Assembly (NCBI GenBank): GCA_950097015.1
Contig: CATNEN010000024.1
Location: 3,410,001 to 3,474,000, forward strand
From: Macrostomum hystrix
Taxonomy: Eukaryota > Animalia > Platyhelminthes
Direction of reading: 5' to 3'
Length of the DNA: 64,000 nucleotides
The number at the start of each line of letters is the position of its first letter. Positions within the stretch are counted from its first letter, which is position 1. This document shows, piece by piece, positions 29,282-41,200 of this stretch. Position numbers and translations under genes: made by a program. A model generated the notes under the pieces. The model was not told where the DNA came from. It ran no database searches and was given only the letters and a program-made list of their open reading frames with translations.

Positions 29282-29988
29282 CAGAGGTCGGCAAACTCAT
29301 TAGCTAGTGGGCCAAAAAGAGAACCTAAAAGACGATAGCGGGCCGAATTGACTGTAGAAATATGAGAAAGGGCAGAGATAAGACTCGGGAGAGATAAGAA
29401 AGCGGACAGATGTAACGGCAGAGAGATGAGACAGCGGAGAGATGACACGCGGGAGAGATGAGACAGAGGAGAGATGGCACACAGAAGAGATGAGAACGAG
29501 GAGAGATGACACGCGGGAGAGATGAGACAGAGGAGAGATGGCACACAGAAGAGATGAGAACGAGGAGAGATGACACACTGGAGAGATGAGACCGAGGAGA
29601 GATGACACACTGGAGAGGTGAGACCGAGGAGAGATGACACACTGGAGAGATGAGACCGAGGAAAGATGACACGCGGGAGAGATGAGACATGGAAGAGATG
29701 AGACAACGGAGAAATGAGACGCGGGAGAGATGAGACACTGGAGAGATTAGAAGGCGGAGAGATGAGACGGTGGAGAGATAAGATAGCGGAGAGATGAGAC
29801 GCGGGAGAGATAAGACGCGGGAGAGATGAGACACAGGAGAGATGAGACAGAGGAGAGATGAGATAGCGGAGAGATGAGACAGGGGAAAGATGAAACAGGA
29901 TACTGTAAGTGTCGGTAGGGGCAACTGGCCGGATTTGGGAGCTTCGAGGGCCGCATCTGGCCCGCGGGCCGGAGTTTGCCGACCCCTG
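29282..29988. mobile_element. Non-autonomous hAT-type element containing a GA-rich satellite
   Basis: TIRs cagaggtcggcaaactc / gagtttgccgacccctg; exact 8-bp TSD GTTTATGC at 29274-29281 and 29989-29996. Confidence 0.9.
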
Positions 29989-30374
29989 GTTTATGCAAAC
30001 AGGAGTAGGAATATAAAACTGGTATCGAAAAACAAGAAGCTGTCGAGACTGCAAAGAGACTTTGTTAGACGCACGAGGATGTTAAAACAGAGTTTTCTTG
30101 CGATCACAGTTTCCTTCATTTGAAACAATTGCACAAAGAACGTACTGACGTAGTGCGTATAGCATATGTCGGCGGTTTTTTCCTTATTCCGCGTCTTCGC
30201 CGTTTGATTCACCAATAGCGGAGCTAGGAATTTCTGAAAAGTAATTTAATTTAATTTTAACCTAATGAATCACTGTAATCCTAGAAAGCACAACGATTGA
30301 ATTGAATGCGTTCAATAATTCATTCAATAGAAGCTTTCAGACAATTGCATTCAGTTTCACATAATGTCTTTAGG

Positions 30375-30980
30375 CCCACAAACAGTCCATCTCACGCGAC
30401 GTCTTTAGCCCACAAACAGTCCATCTCACGCGACGTCTTTAGCCCACAAACAGTCCATCTCACGCGACGTCTTTAGCCACAAACAGTCCATCTCACGCGA
30501 CGTCTTTAGCCCACAAACAGTCCATCTCACGCGACGTCTTTAGCCCACAAGCAGTCCATCTCACGCGACGTCTTTAGCCACAAACAGTCCATCTCACGCG
30601 ACGTCTTTAGCCACAAACAGTCCATCTCACGCGACGTCTTTAGCCCACAAACAGTCCATCTCACGCGACGTCTTTAGCCCACAAACAGTCCATCTCACGC
30701 GACGTCTTTAGCCCACAAACAGTCCATCTCACGCGACGTCTTTAGCCCACAAACAGTCCATCTCACGCGACATCTTTAGCCCACAAGCAGTCCATCTCAC
30801 GCGACGTCTTTAGCCCACAAACAGTCCATCTCACGCGACGTCTTTAGCCCACAAACAGTCCATTTCTCGTGACATCTTTAGCCCAGAAACAGTGCATCTC
30901 ACGCGACGTCTTTAGCCACAAACAGTCCATTTCACGCGACATCTTTAGCCCACAAGCAGTCCATTTCACACGATGTCTTT
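30375..30980. repeat. 34-bp minisatellite, ~18 copies
   Basis: Repeated gcccacaaacagtccatctcacgcgacgtcttta. Confidence 0.95.
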
Positions 30981-31012
30981 AAGTACATGGTACTCAATCA
31001 AACGCGACAATC

Positions 31013-32958
31013 TCAATTAGTAGAGCCAAAAAGACGGTCATTAAAACATGACCAAGCAATGCTTTGCTCACCTTCCTCATCTCCATTCCTGTTCTTCCTA
31101 ATCAGGCGCAGACAGGGCCCGCCGAGAGTCAGCAGCTGCGGCAGCGCGGCTTTACTAAAATCCAAGCGGATTAGCGTGAATTGGCCCAGAGTGCAGCTCT
31201 CAGCTGATGACATCGCGGCTGACTGCTGTTTTGCTGACAAGCTGATCTGCTCAAGGGCGCGGCAGCCAGCCACTGTCATGCGCTGCCTGCGCCGAAAGGG
31301 ATGGAGTTGAGATGCGGTTTTATACAGAGAACTGGATTTTAGGAAGGTGATAGTGAGAGAATTTCGAATCATTCCTACCTAACAACTAGCGAAGGTCCGT
31401 TAGCTGACTGGGTCTGCAGGCCAGTGATCAGCTTGGCCAGACTAGCGGTCCGACTGCAGCTAACTAGCTCAGAGGACCAGGCGGAGAGCATTTGACACAG
31501 CCGGTCCCGTCTCTGCCTACTCAGAGCACTGATCTGACTGGCAACGTCAGTAACATGACCGCGCGACAGCTGGGCTACCTTTATCACCGCTTGTCGATTG
31601 CCGGCAGTCACCCGACTGGCACTGGCTGCCAGACGGCGGCGCGCCTCGGCCAGCCGGTCCAAGTTGTTGGCCAGCTGGACGGCGCGACTGCGCAGCGCAG
31701 CCGATCTAGCCGACAATTCGTAGACTATGGCGGCGACAGAGTCGACTAATCGTACTGTGTCGCACTGGGCGCACTCGGGACACGGCCGGCCGGTGAACTC
31801 ACAGCACTCGGAGCAGAGGGCCATGTTGCACCTGCGGCACAGCATGGTCACATTGCAGTTGGGATGCCGGTGACAGATCAGCTGTGCCGGCCGCTGTTCC
31901 GGCAGCCTAACTGGCCGATGACTCTTGTGCTGTTTTCGTGGATGAGGGAACAATGAAACAGTGCTGCAATCAAATAAGCTAACAGTTAACAGTACAAGGA
32001 CCACGAGGAGGACCACAACATTTTTTCTGTTCTTCCCAAATTATTTAACTAATCGCCATGAAAATCCAGAGCACGGATTAAAACTGTCCGCTCTATCCAA
32101 TGAATCAACTTCCAGAATCACAAAACATCGGCATGATCGAGATATTCATCGATTCTCGTCGGGGTGTCTGGTGGCAAAAATGGCCAAATTAGGCATAATT
32201 TCTCTGCTCACAAAATTCCATCATGTAACCATAGCTGACTATTTTGGATTGGTTCAAGTGTTAATATTTCATTTTTTATTTATATTTTACGGATTTGCCA
32301 TACAGGTTTATACAAAGCAATGTTGGCTGTCCTTGTCACCAGGATCTTCGACAAGCATCGCTGAATATCTCGACGATGCTGACATCGGATGGCTTTGAAA
32401 GTTAGTTCATCGTAAAGTGTGGAAAATTTTGAATCATAAGGTGGACTTTCACTGAAATCGGTCATTCGGTTTGGGAGCCATGGTGAATTTGGCAGTTGGT
32501 ATTTGAAATTCCCCGTGGTATTTCCCCAGGGGTAGAAATAGCCTGGTTTTTCTACTGCTAAATGGGCAAACCTGGTAGCCGTGGCCAGCCATTCGAGAAT
32601 GGCACATTCGCAGGTTGCAGCTTTCGCAATAGAAAGCCACCGGATAGCGCTGGTCGTTAGCCCCATGGACTTCGTTGATCAGGCAGGTCTCATCCGAGCA
32701 GAGTGACTCCGATGGCAGCGGCTGCAGCAGCAAGGCTACATTGTCCAACAGGGCCCCGCTAACTAAGCCGCAGTCTGGACTGGGGCAAGTTTGCTGCACT
32801 TTGGCTTCATTAGCGCAGCTGGAGCACAGCGGATGCAGGCAGACGGACAGCAGGTGAGTCGGGCGCTGGTCGCGGCAGCCAGGCCTGCAACAGCGGCGAT
32901 AGGCACCGAGACCTCCGCCTGCTGCCTGAGAACCTGGCGTTGATAGCTGGGCGGTCAT
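31013..32958 (-). CDS. TRIM/RBCC-type protein (RING variant, two B-boxes, coiled coil), 3 exons (32958-32572, 31929-31379, 31286-31013)
   Basis: C..C...CLHPLCSSC...CPSPDC; CESCNLRMC..GH..H..H; CHRH...CRRCNMALCSEC; followed by a helical heptad region. Introns are GT-AG and phase-compatible. Confidence 0.8.
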
Positions 32959-33124
32959 GCCTAACTAGGGACTGTGTCTTCCTTTGAGTCAAGATTGAAA
33001 ATTGTCGAATAAAAACCTGCAAAAACGTTGCGTGAAACTGATTAAAGAAAACGACAAGTCTCACGACCTGGCAGCGAGGTCGCTAATTGCGAGGTCCGCA
33101 ATCTGGAGAGTCTGTTCCATTGCC

Positions 33125-34205
33125 CGACTCTCTCCCGTATCCCATCTACGTCTGACTCTCTCCCCTATCCCATCTCCGTCTGACTCTCTCCCCTATCCCA
33201 TCTCCGTCTGACTCTCTCCCCTATCCCATCTCCGTCTGACTCTCTCCCCTATCCCATCTACGTCTGACTCTCTCCCCTATCCCATCTCCGTTCTGACTCT
33301 CTCCCCTATCCCATCTCCGTTCTGACTCTCTCCCCTATCCCATCTCCGTCTGACTCTCTCCCCTATCCCATCTACGTCTGACTCTCTCCCCTATTCCATC
33401 TCCCTCTGACTCTCTCCCCTATCCCATCTCCGTCTGACTCTCTCCCCTATTCCATCTCCTTCTGACTCTCTCCCCTATCCCATCTCCGTCTGACTCTCTC
33501 CCCTATCCCATATCCGTCTGACTTTCTTCACCTGTCCCATCCCTGTCTTTGACTCTCTCAACCTGTCTCATCCTTGTCTTTGAATCTCTCCACTGTCTTT
33601 GAATCTCTCCACTGTCTTTGAATCTCTCCACTGTCTTTGAATCTCTCCACTGTCTTTGAATCTCTCCACTGTCTTTGAATCTCTCCACTGTCTTTGAATC
33701 TCTCCACTGTCTTTGAATCTCTCCACTGTCTTTGAATCTCTTCTCCCTGTCTTTGACTCTCTCAACCTGTCTCATCCTTGTCTTTGAATCTCTCAACCTG
33801 TCTCATCCTTGTCTTTGAATCTCTCAACCTGTCTCATCCTTGTCTTTGAATCTCTCAACCTGTCTCATCCTTGTCTTTGAATCTCTCAACCTGTCTCATC
33901 CTTGTCTTTGAATCTCTCAACCTGTCTCATCCTTGTCTTTGAATCTCTCAACCTGTCTCATCCTTGTCTTTGAATCTCTCAACCTGTCTCATCCTTGTCT
34001 TTGAATCTCTCCCTGTCTTTGACTCTCTCAACCTGTCTCATCCTTGTCTTTGAATCTCTCCACTGTCTTTGAATCTCTCCACTGTCTTTGAATCTCTCCA
34101 CTGTCTTTGAATCTCTCCACTGTCTTTGAATCTCTCCACTGTCTTTGAATCTCTCCACTGTCTTTGAATCTCTTCTCCCTGTCTTTGACTCTCTCAACCT
34201 GTCTT
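33125..34205. repeat. Compound CT-rich minisatellite array (~29-bp, ~19-bp and ~30-bp units)
   Basis: tctgactctctcccctatcccatctccg, then tctttgaatctctccactg and tctttgaatctctcaacctgtctcatccttg blocks. Confidence 0.92.
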
Positions 34206-34807
34206 ATTTAGACTCTGATATCTAGAGGTATAGTCCTATCTCTCTGTCTTTCATTCCGTAAGAAGTAAAAAAGACCACGAATTACTGATTGTAATAAACA
34301 TTTATTTTAAAAAATCAACAGAGAAAATTTGGCCCCTGATTTAAGCGCAGCAATTATAATCAGCCATTAAAGCTGCAATCGATCAGTATTGAAAGAAATG
34401 AAAGAATCTATTGGCACTTTAAAAACAAGCAGTGAACATGATTGCGTTGGGTTAATCTGAAAATCTAACTTAACTATGCAAACTATACTACTTACTTCGT
34501 AGGTATAAAAAAGTATTTATAGCCAGGTAATAAGGCTTCATAAATATGGGTGTAGACAAAAGAATATAGAAAAAAAATTTGAAATTGCAAAAAAATAATA
34601 ATCTAAAAAAACAAATACCTCTATTACATCGACTAATAACTTTGAAAATGTAGCAAAAAATTAATTGATCAAGATGGGGCATATACTTCTCTTTAAAAAG
34701 ATGCGAAAACAAGGCGCAAAGATACTCATAGCTAGATTATAGCTTTCAAATGTCTATATTTAAGCCTTTCATTTCCAGAAAGGAAGGAAGATTTAAGGAA
34801 GCTAAAC

Positions 34808-35135
34808 GGGAACAAGAGCGATCAACAAAGACTTGCTGAGTCTGGGAGCTAGACTGGAACAGGAGCGATCAACAAAGACTTTCTGAGTTGGGGAGCTAGA
34901 CTGGAACATGAGCGATCAACAAAGACCTGCTGAGTTGGGGAACTAGACTGGAACAAGAGCGATCAACAAAGACCTGCTGAGTTGGGGAGCTAGACTGGAA
35001 CAGGAGCGATCAACAAAGACTTTCTGAGTTGAGGAGCTAGACTGGAACAGGAGCGATCAACAAAGACTTGCTGAGTTGGGGAGCTAGACTGGAACAGGAG
35101 CGATCGACAAAGACCTGCTGAGTTGGAGAGTCAGA
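34808..35135. repeat. 47-bp minisatellite, ~7 copies
   Basis: Repeated ggaacaggagcgatcaacaaagacttgctgagttggggagctagact. Confidence 0.92.
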
Positions 35136-35217
35136 CAGGAAAAATAGTTTTAAGCTTTGGAAGATAAACTACAACCTTATTTAATATCTCGATATTGTCA
35201 GTTTTAAATTTGAAGCT

Positions 35218-38200
35218 TCAGAAGTGCAGAGTGCGCAGATAATTGGCCCACTTATTCAAACTGTCGCCCAGATTGCGCCGGCCCAGGCCTAGCCGTAGAA
35301 AATTATCCGAATAGAGCAGCTCGCGGCCTGACACGGCGAACACTCCGCATTCGGACACCAGGCTGTCGCAGAAGTCGCGACCGGTTGGCCAACGATCCAG
35401 CACTGGCTGGCGCAGCTGGACCAGAGCCAATGAGCCGGCAGCTGGCGCCCGGTAGGCGAACAGGTGGTCGAATTCTTGGAAAAACTTCTCCGCCTTAGCC
35501 GCATTGTCCTTTACAATGGACTCGGCGCGCGCGGCCAGAATTGACAAATTGCGCAGAGCGATAAGCGAAAGAACTTCAACTGGTGGCGCCAGGCAGACAG
35601 ACACGAAGTTGCGCAGATTGCGCACCTGAGAGAATCGTTGGCTTGGTTTTAGTTGCATACAACTGTGCACTGTGAGCAGCCACTGGTCCTCCTGTAACAG
35701 CCACTGGTCCTCCTGTAACAGCTCTTAGTCTTCTTGTAACAGCTCCTGGTCCTCCAGTAATAGCTCCTAGTCTTCTTGTAACAGCCCCTGGTCCTCCAGT
35801 AACAACCCGTGGTCCTCCTGTAACAGCCAATGGTCCTCCTGTAACAGCTCCTGGTCCTCCTGTAACAGCTCCTGGTCCTAGCCCCAGGCCAGGCGCTACC
35901 CCCTGGTCCACCTGTAAACAGGCGCCACCCCCTGGTCCACCTGTAACCCGTGTGGCCATCCGATCAGGTTTTTCGCCCGGTTTTGCTCTGGCTTGCTATG
36001 TTTTTTGCCCCATTTCCAGGCGAAGAACATAAACCAGGCGAATTTATCCGGTTTTTCTCTGCCTTTCTAAACCAGGCGAAATTCCGGAGGAAAAACCGTA
36101 CGAGTGCTCTGGTTTTTTACTCGGTCCTTCGCCAGGTTTGGAACCAGTTTAGTAACGCAGGGAAATCCGGAGTAAAAGCGGATGAAATAACATTTCCGCC
36201 TGGAATTTTGCCCGGTTCTTTCTCTGGTTCTTCGACTGGACAAGAGCCGGAGAAAAGAGCTGATGAAAGCCTTTAATTCAGGATTGGGTTGAAAATGGTA
36301 TGGGAGACAGTGTATAATTGACAATTGACATGAAGATTTTCTTGTAATTGTATGTCCTGTAATGTGCTCCTGTTTTGTTCTCTTGCAGTATTTTTTCCGC
36401 TCATCTTTATATATATCATATGAGCGTCTTCGTATTCGTACGTTACATTACGAGCGTAGTTCACGTAAACTGAGAATAAAAATATTGTCATTTTAATGCT
36501 GTCATCGCACACATTTCTGAAGGCTGCATGCTACTGTGGGATTCCAACGTTGATTTCCTCTTTTACAAAAATGTATAAGCAAAGTCCCATCCCCGAATTG
36601 GCCCGCTAGGCGTAGCGTACGTAGCAGCCTTTGTTAATAAAGTTCCATGAATTTCCAGTGCTAGTAGTTAAGAAACCTGTAAATAATTACAATGGAGCGA
36701 TCACGACGCGACAGACGATTTTATCAGCGGGCGCGACGACTGCAAAAAATATTGACGCGGCCTGCGCTGAGTTGACTGACCGACCGCGTTCCCCGGTTAG
36801 TCGCGCTGTACCTAGTACTTCGCGCAGCAGTAGCACTGTCGTCGCAGCATCGTCGCAGCTTCTCAGAGGTGCCGAGTCCGTAGACACCGGTGACAGTGAG
36901 CCCTCCGAGCATGGTGAGTAGCATCGAGGATCTCCAAAAAGCGGCCCTGATATCCGTTGATACAGAAAAACTATCACGCGTTTCCCACAGACTCCAGTGA
37001 CGGCAGCAGTGGAGGCGACCAAAGCCGCAGTGACGCTGAGTCCGTAAACAGCGCTGGCCGCAATGGCAGCGACGGTACAGAGACACCCGACTCTGAGCCC
37101 TCTGAGCATGGTGAGTAGTATCGACGATCTGCAAAATGCGGCCCCGATATCCGTTGATACAGAAAAACTATCGCGCGTTTCCCACAGACTCCAGTGACGC
37201 TGAGTCACTTGACTCCAGCGACAGCGATGGCCAGGAACAGCCAGTTCTTGATCCCTGGCTACAGCTAGTACCGTGGCACAACGGCGAACCCATCACGGGC
37301 ACCATTGGTGAAGCTGCGTGTCATATTAACGACTGCGTCATTGATCTTGGAATCCCAAGTAAAAAAATAACCAGACTTCTACGTCTTGTGCATTGTCTGG
37401 TTCCGGGAAGTCGAATTCCGCGCACTGCAAGAACTATGTGGCGGACGCTAAAGTCCGCCCAGAGTTACATCGGCTCCGCAAAATGCGTCACTGTGTGCAA
37501 CGAGTGCTACGTAAACTACCGAGGAGACTGCAGTCAAAACGGTGGACATTGCAGTGACTGCGGATCAATGAGAGTCGCAAACTTCTGGGTTTTCAACATT
37601 AGAAAGCAGATCCGAACTTACATAGAGTCATGTGGACTGCTGCATAATTTGACTTTTCCTTCCGACTTCAATCCGCACGAAGACACCATCCATTTCTACA
37701 ATAGTCACCTGTACAGACAGTTTCGGGAGTCGATAAACCTAGTTGCTAAGAGCGACCTCTCGTATACTCTGAGCTCTGATGGGTTTCCAGCACGGTCAAC
37801 CAGCAAGGTAGAGGTGTGTCCAGTCTACTTAAGCATCAACGAGGTTCACGATCATGTCAAGTTGCGCTATGTCATAATCTGTGGGCTCTGGGCTGCTAAG
37901 ACCAAAGTGAGTTCAGCGGCTTTCCTTCCGGTGGTCGTCGACGCGCTGATTTCTTTACGCATCCGGGGCGTAACATACACTGACGCTGATGGAGTTCAGC
38001 GTACGATACGCTTCCATCCGTTGCTAGCAATGTTCGACTCACCGGCTCGTGCAGATGCGCTCCGCATGCGACGATGCACGGCTATCTACGGCTGCGAGAA
38101 GTGCTACATTGCTACGCGTCTTCATCCTTCAGGCTCTGGGCGTGTCTTCGACGTCGGCTTAACGCCAGCAATGCAGAATGCTGCTCGACGTCTAGGTTGT

Positions 38201-41200
38201 CTGCAAACTGTCCTGCGGAGCATGGCAGATACGCGCAGATTAGCGGAGCAACACCTAGCAGGTGCTCGGCACCAGAACACAGACATTGGGTGTCCGAGGC
38301 CACTCTCCGTTAGGACGCCTCCCGGGCTTTGACTTCATGCGCGGATGTCCGCCGTGTTATCTCCACCAGCTGCACCTAGGTCTGGTCCGGATGATAATGT
38401 ACCAATTATTCCTGATGCGGGCCGAGAAGCCGGACCGAGGAGAAACTAATTGTCCGGACCTGCACCGGCTTCAACATCAGGTCGATGAGCCGCTGTTCCG
38501 CATCCGGCTGCCCATCAACGTCCAACGCCATGAAGTGCGTCCACTGAGTGACCTCCGCAATTTCCGTGGGCACGAGTTTGAAATGTGGCTGATGGCCTAC
38601 GGCCCTCTCGTTTTGGAAGCCGTCCTACCACCCGCCCACTACCAGCATCTGTTACTTCTTTCCGCTGCAGTGTTCTGGATGACTGCCGATTATGCGCCTC
38701 TGTCTGAGTTGCGGCACGTAGAGATTGCATTGCGCCACTTCCACGACAAACTGTATAGGTTGTACTCCTTAAGAGCACTAACCTATAATGCTCATCAGGT
38801 GTGCTGCCACATGCTGACATACGTCCGTCTGGCCGGCTCTGCGCACCGCCTATCGGCTGGAATTTTCGAAAGCACGCACTTGCGCCTGCAAAAACGCCTG
38901 CATGGGACGCGGCGCACCGACGTCGAGCTGGTTGGCGCCGTGGAGCGCCACATCGGCACCATCCAAGCGCGAGCGCGACTGATCGGGCACGGGGATCAGC
39001 AAGACGAAGAGGAATTATTCCGTCGAACAGAAGTACTCACCCTTCCAGATGTCGTGCTTCGTCGACCGAAGCGCTGGCAAGTCGGATGGCACAGTGCCAC
39101 TCTGAAATCCGGTTGGACAATACGAATTTTCACTCCCGGATGTCAGGATGCGGCAGGCTTCGTGGCCATCGAAGGTGACACTACGACGGATTTCCGATTC
39201 TGCCGAGTGCAAACCATCGAATGTCAAGGTGAGCAGGTTAGGCTCGGACTTCTCGTACTGCCAGTTCTCGCGGCCGTCGACCCGCTGGAGGAACTAGCAC
39301 AGGTTGCTACAACGTCACCTAATCGAGGCTGTCGACTCGCGCACGTCAGAGTATTCGCATGCGATCCCTTCGGCGACTTGAGCTACCTCGGCGACCCGAT
39401 TCATGTGGGGCTGCCACAGTTTCGTGGCGTCTGTGTCGTCACCGACACAAAAGTAGCTCTGCTGGCCCATCCGCAGTTGGGCTATTCGTAGAGTCTGTTG
39501 GCGTCCGTGGCAATGGGATAACTGATTGACATGCTGGGATAACTGATTGACAGGCTAGGATAACTGATTGCCAGCATAAAACGTATTTTCCTTTCGTCTT
39601 TTCCTAACTTTACGATTGGCAAAACAAAAATCTAATTTCTATTATATTTTTTAACAAACTGTAGTAGTCGTTCTAATTGTTAGCGATTTTGTAAAAATGT
39701 ATATATATGCAGGTAATAGTAGATGCAATTAAACCAAAAAATTGAGTCCGGTTTCCAGAAGCATCTGGATGAGATGCTTTATGAGTCATATGTAGCTTAT
39801 TTACGTGTTACTTCTGTATACTATATTCACTTCATTTTTTGTTGTGTTCATATGCATAAGAATAAGAATATTCTTATAGGTGTCAAAACCCTTTTCAGAC
39901 TGACCCCATTGGATTTAAATCATGTCGGATCGCCCCATAACTTGACTGGCCTAAACTTTTCGAATCAAATGATCGCTGACGGGGATGCCCGTGCCTACGT
40001 CGACTCGGATGACGGCAGCGACACCACAATCGGTGGTCGCTCTCCCGGCCCGCCACCAACGTCGACTCAGGCTGCGTCCCAGTCTCTGCTTACTGCTTCT
40101 ACAGCCTTTACTTGGCCGCTGCATGACGGTCCCAAGGCCAACGTCGACTCGGATGACGGCAGCGACACCACAATCGGTGGTCACTCTCCCTGCCCGCCAC
40201 CAACTTCGACCCGCGCGCGAGCCACTGCCGAGTCCAAGTATACGTGGGAGGACTACAACCGGCTACCACCGGCTGCTCCACCATCATTTGAGTCGAGGCG
40301 TTGGGACGAGCGACGCCTACTACCTGCGCAAACTTGCCCGGACTGCGCCTCATGGTACGCGGAGCTGTCGCCGACTAGCCGAGCACGCCGCTTAGCGCTG
40401 CACGGCCGCCACCGACACAGGCGGATCGTGCAAGCGCCAAACTTCTTCGCGATCGAAAAGCCGCCATCACCACCTCCCGTACCGTTGGATCAATTTAAAG
40501 TGAGGAAGCGGCGTCGAAGGCCGCTTCGGGGTCTGTCACCGAGACCCCGCACTGAATACGAGTGACTATTGCGATTGATGGACTGGAGACTGCCTCAATT
40601 GATGGATTGATGACATTGAGATGATGACGACATTGAGATGATGATGACATTGAGATGATGATGACATTGAGATGATGATGACATTGAGATGATGATGACG
40701 ACATTGAGATGATGACGACATTGAGATGATGACGACATTGAGATGATGATGACATTGAGATGATGGACGTTAGACATGCACGTTTGTATGTATACCAGCA
40801 TATGCTGATAAATACACAAGTCCTTGTTGCCGGCACAATTTGTACGGAATTTTTTATTGAGGAGGAAACCGACAGCCTTAATTGTTACTCTTGAGTCCAG
40901 GCCTAGTTAAAGTAACGTACGAGTACAATTAGATTTCACCCATGTGAACACAGAACACAGTATTGACACAAAAAACTCACATTTTTCAGCTGCTCTAATC
41001 CTAATGGGCACAGGAAAGAAGACTACTGCCGTAGTCGGCAAGTCGAAATCAAATTCCACGTCCACTTCAAAGTCGAAGTCGAAGCCGACCTACAAATCAG
41101 CCGCAACAAAGGCGCCGTCGAGTAAGTCCGGTGGAAAGAAGCGCAAAGCTGTAACTGATGACGATGAGTCATTGAGTCAATTTCTCGGTCGTACTGCCGA

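Noticed and set aside
39723-39879. Hydrophobic N-terminus of ORF 39723..40565 as a TM or signal segment
   Set aside because: AT-rich and bounded by GT (39713) and AG (39879); most likely an intron.
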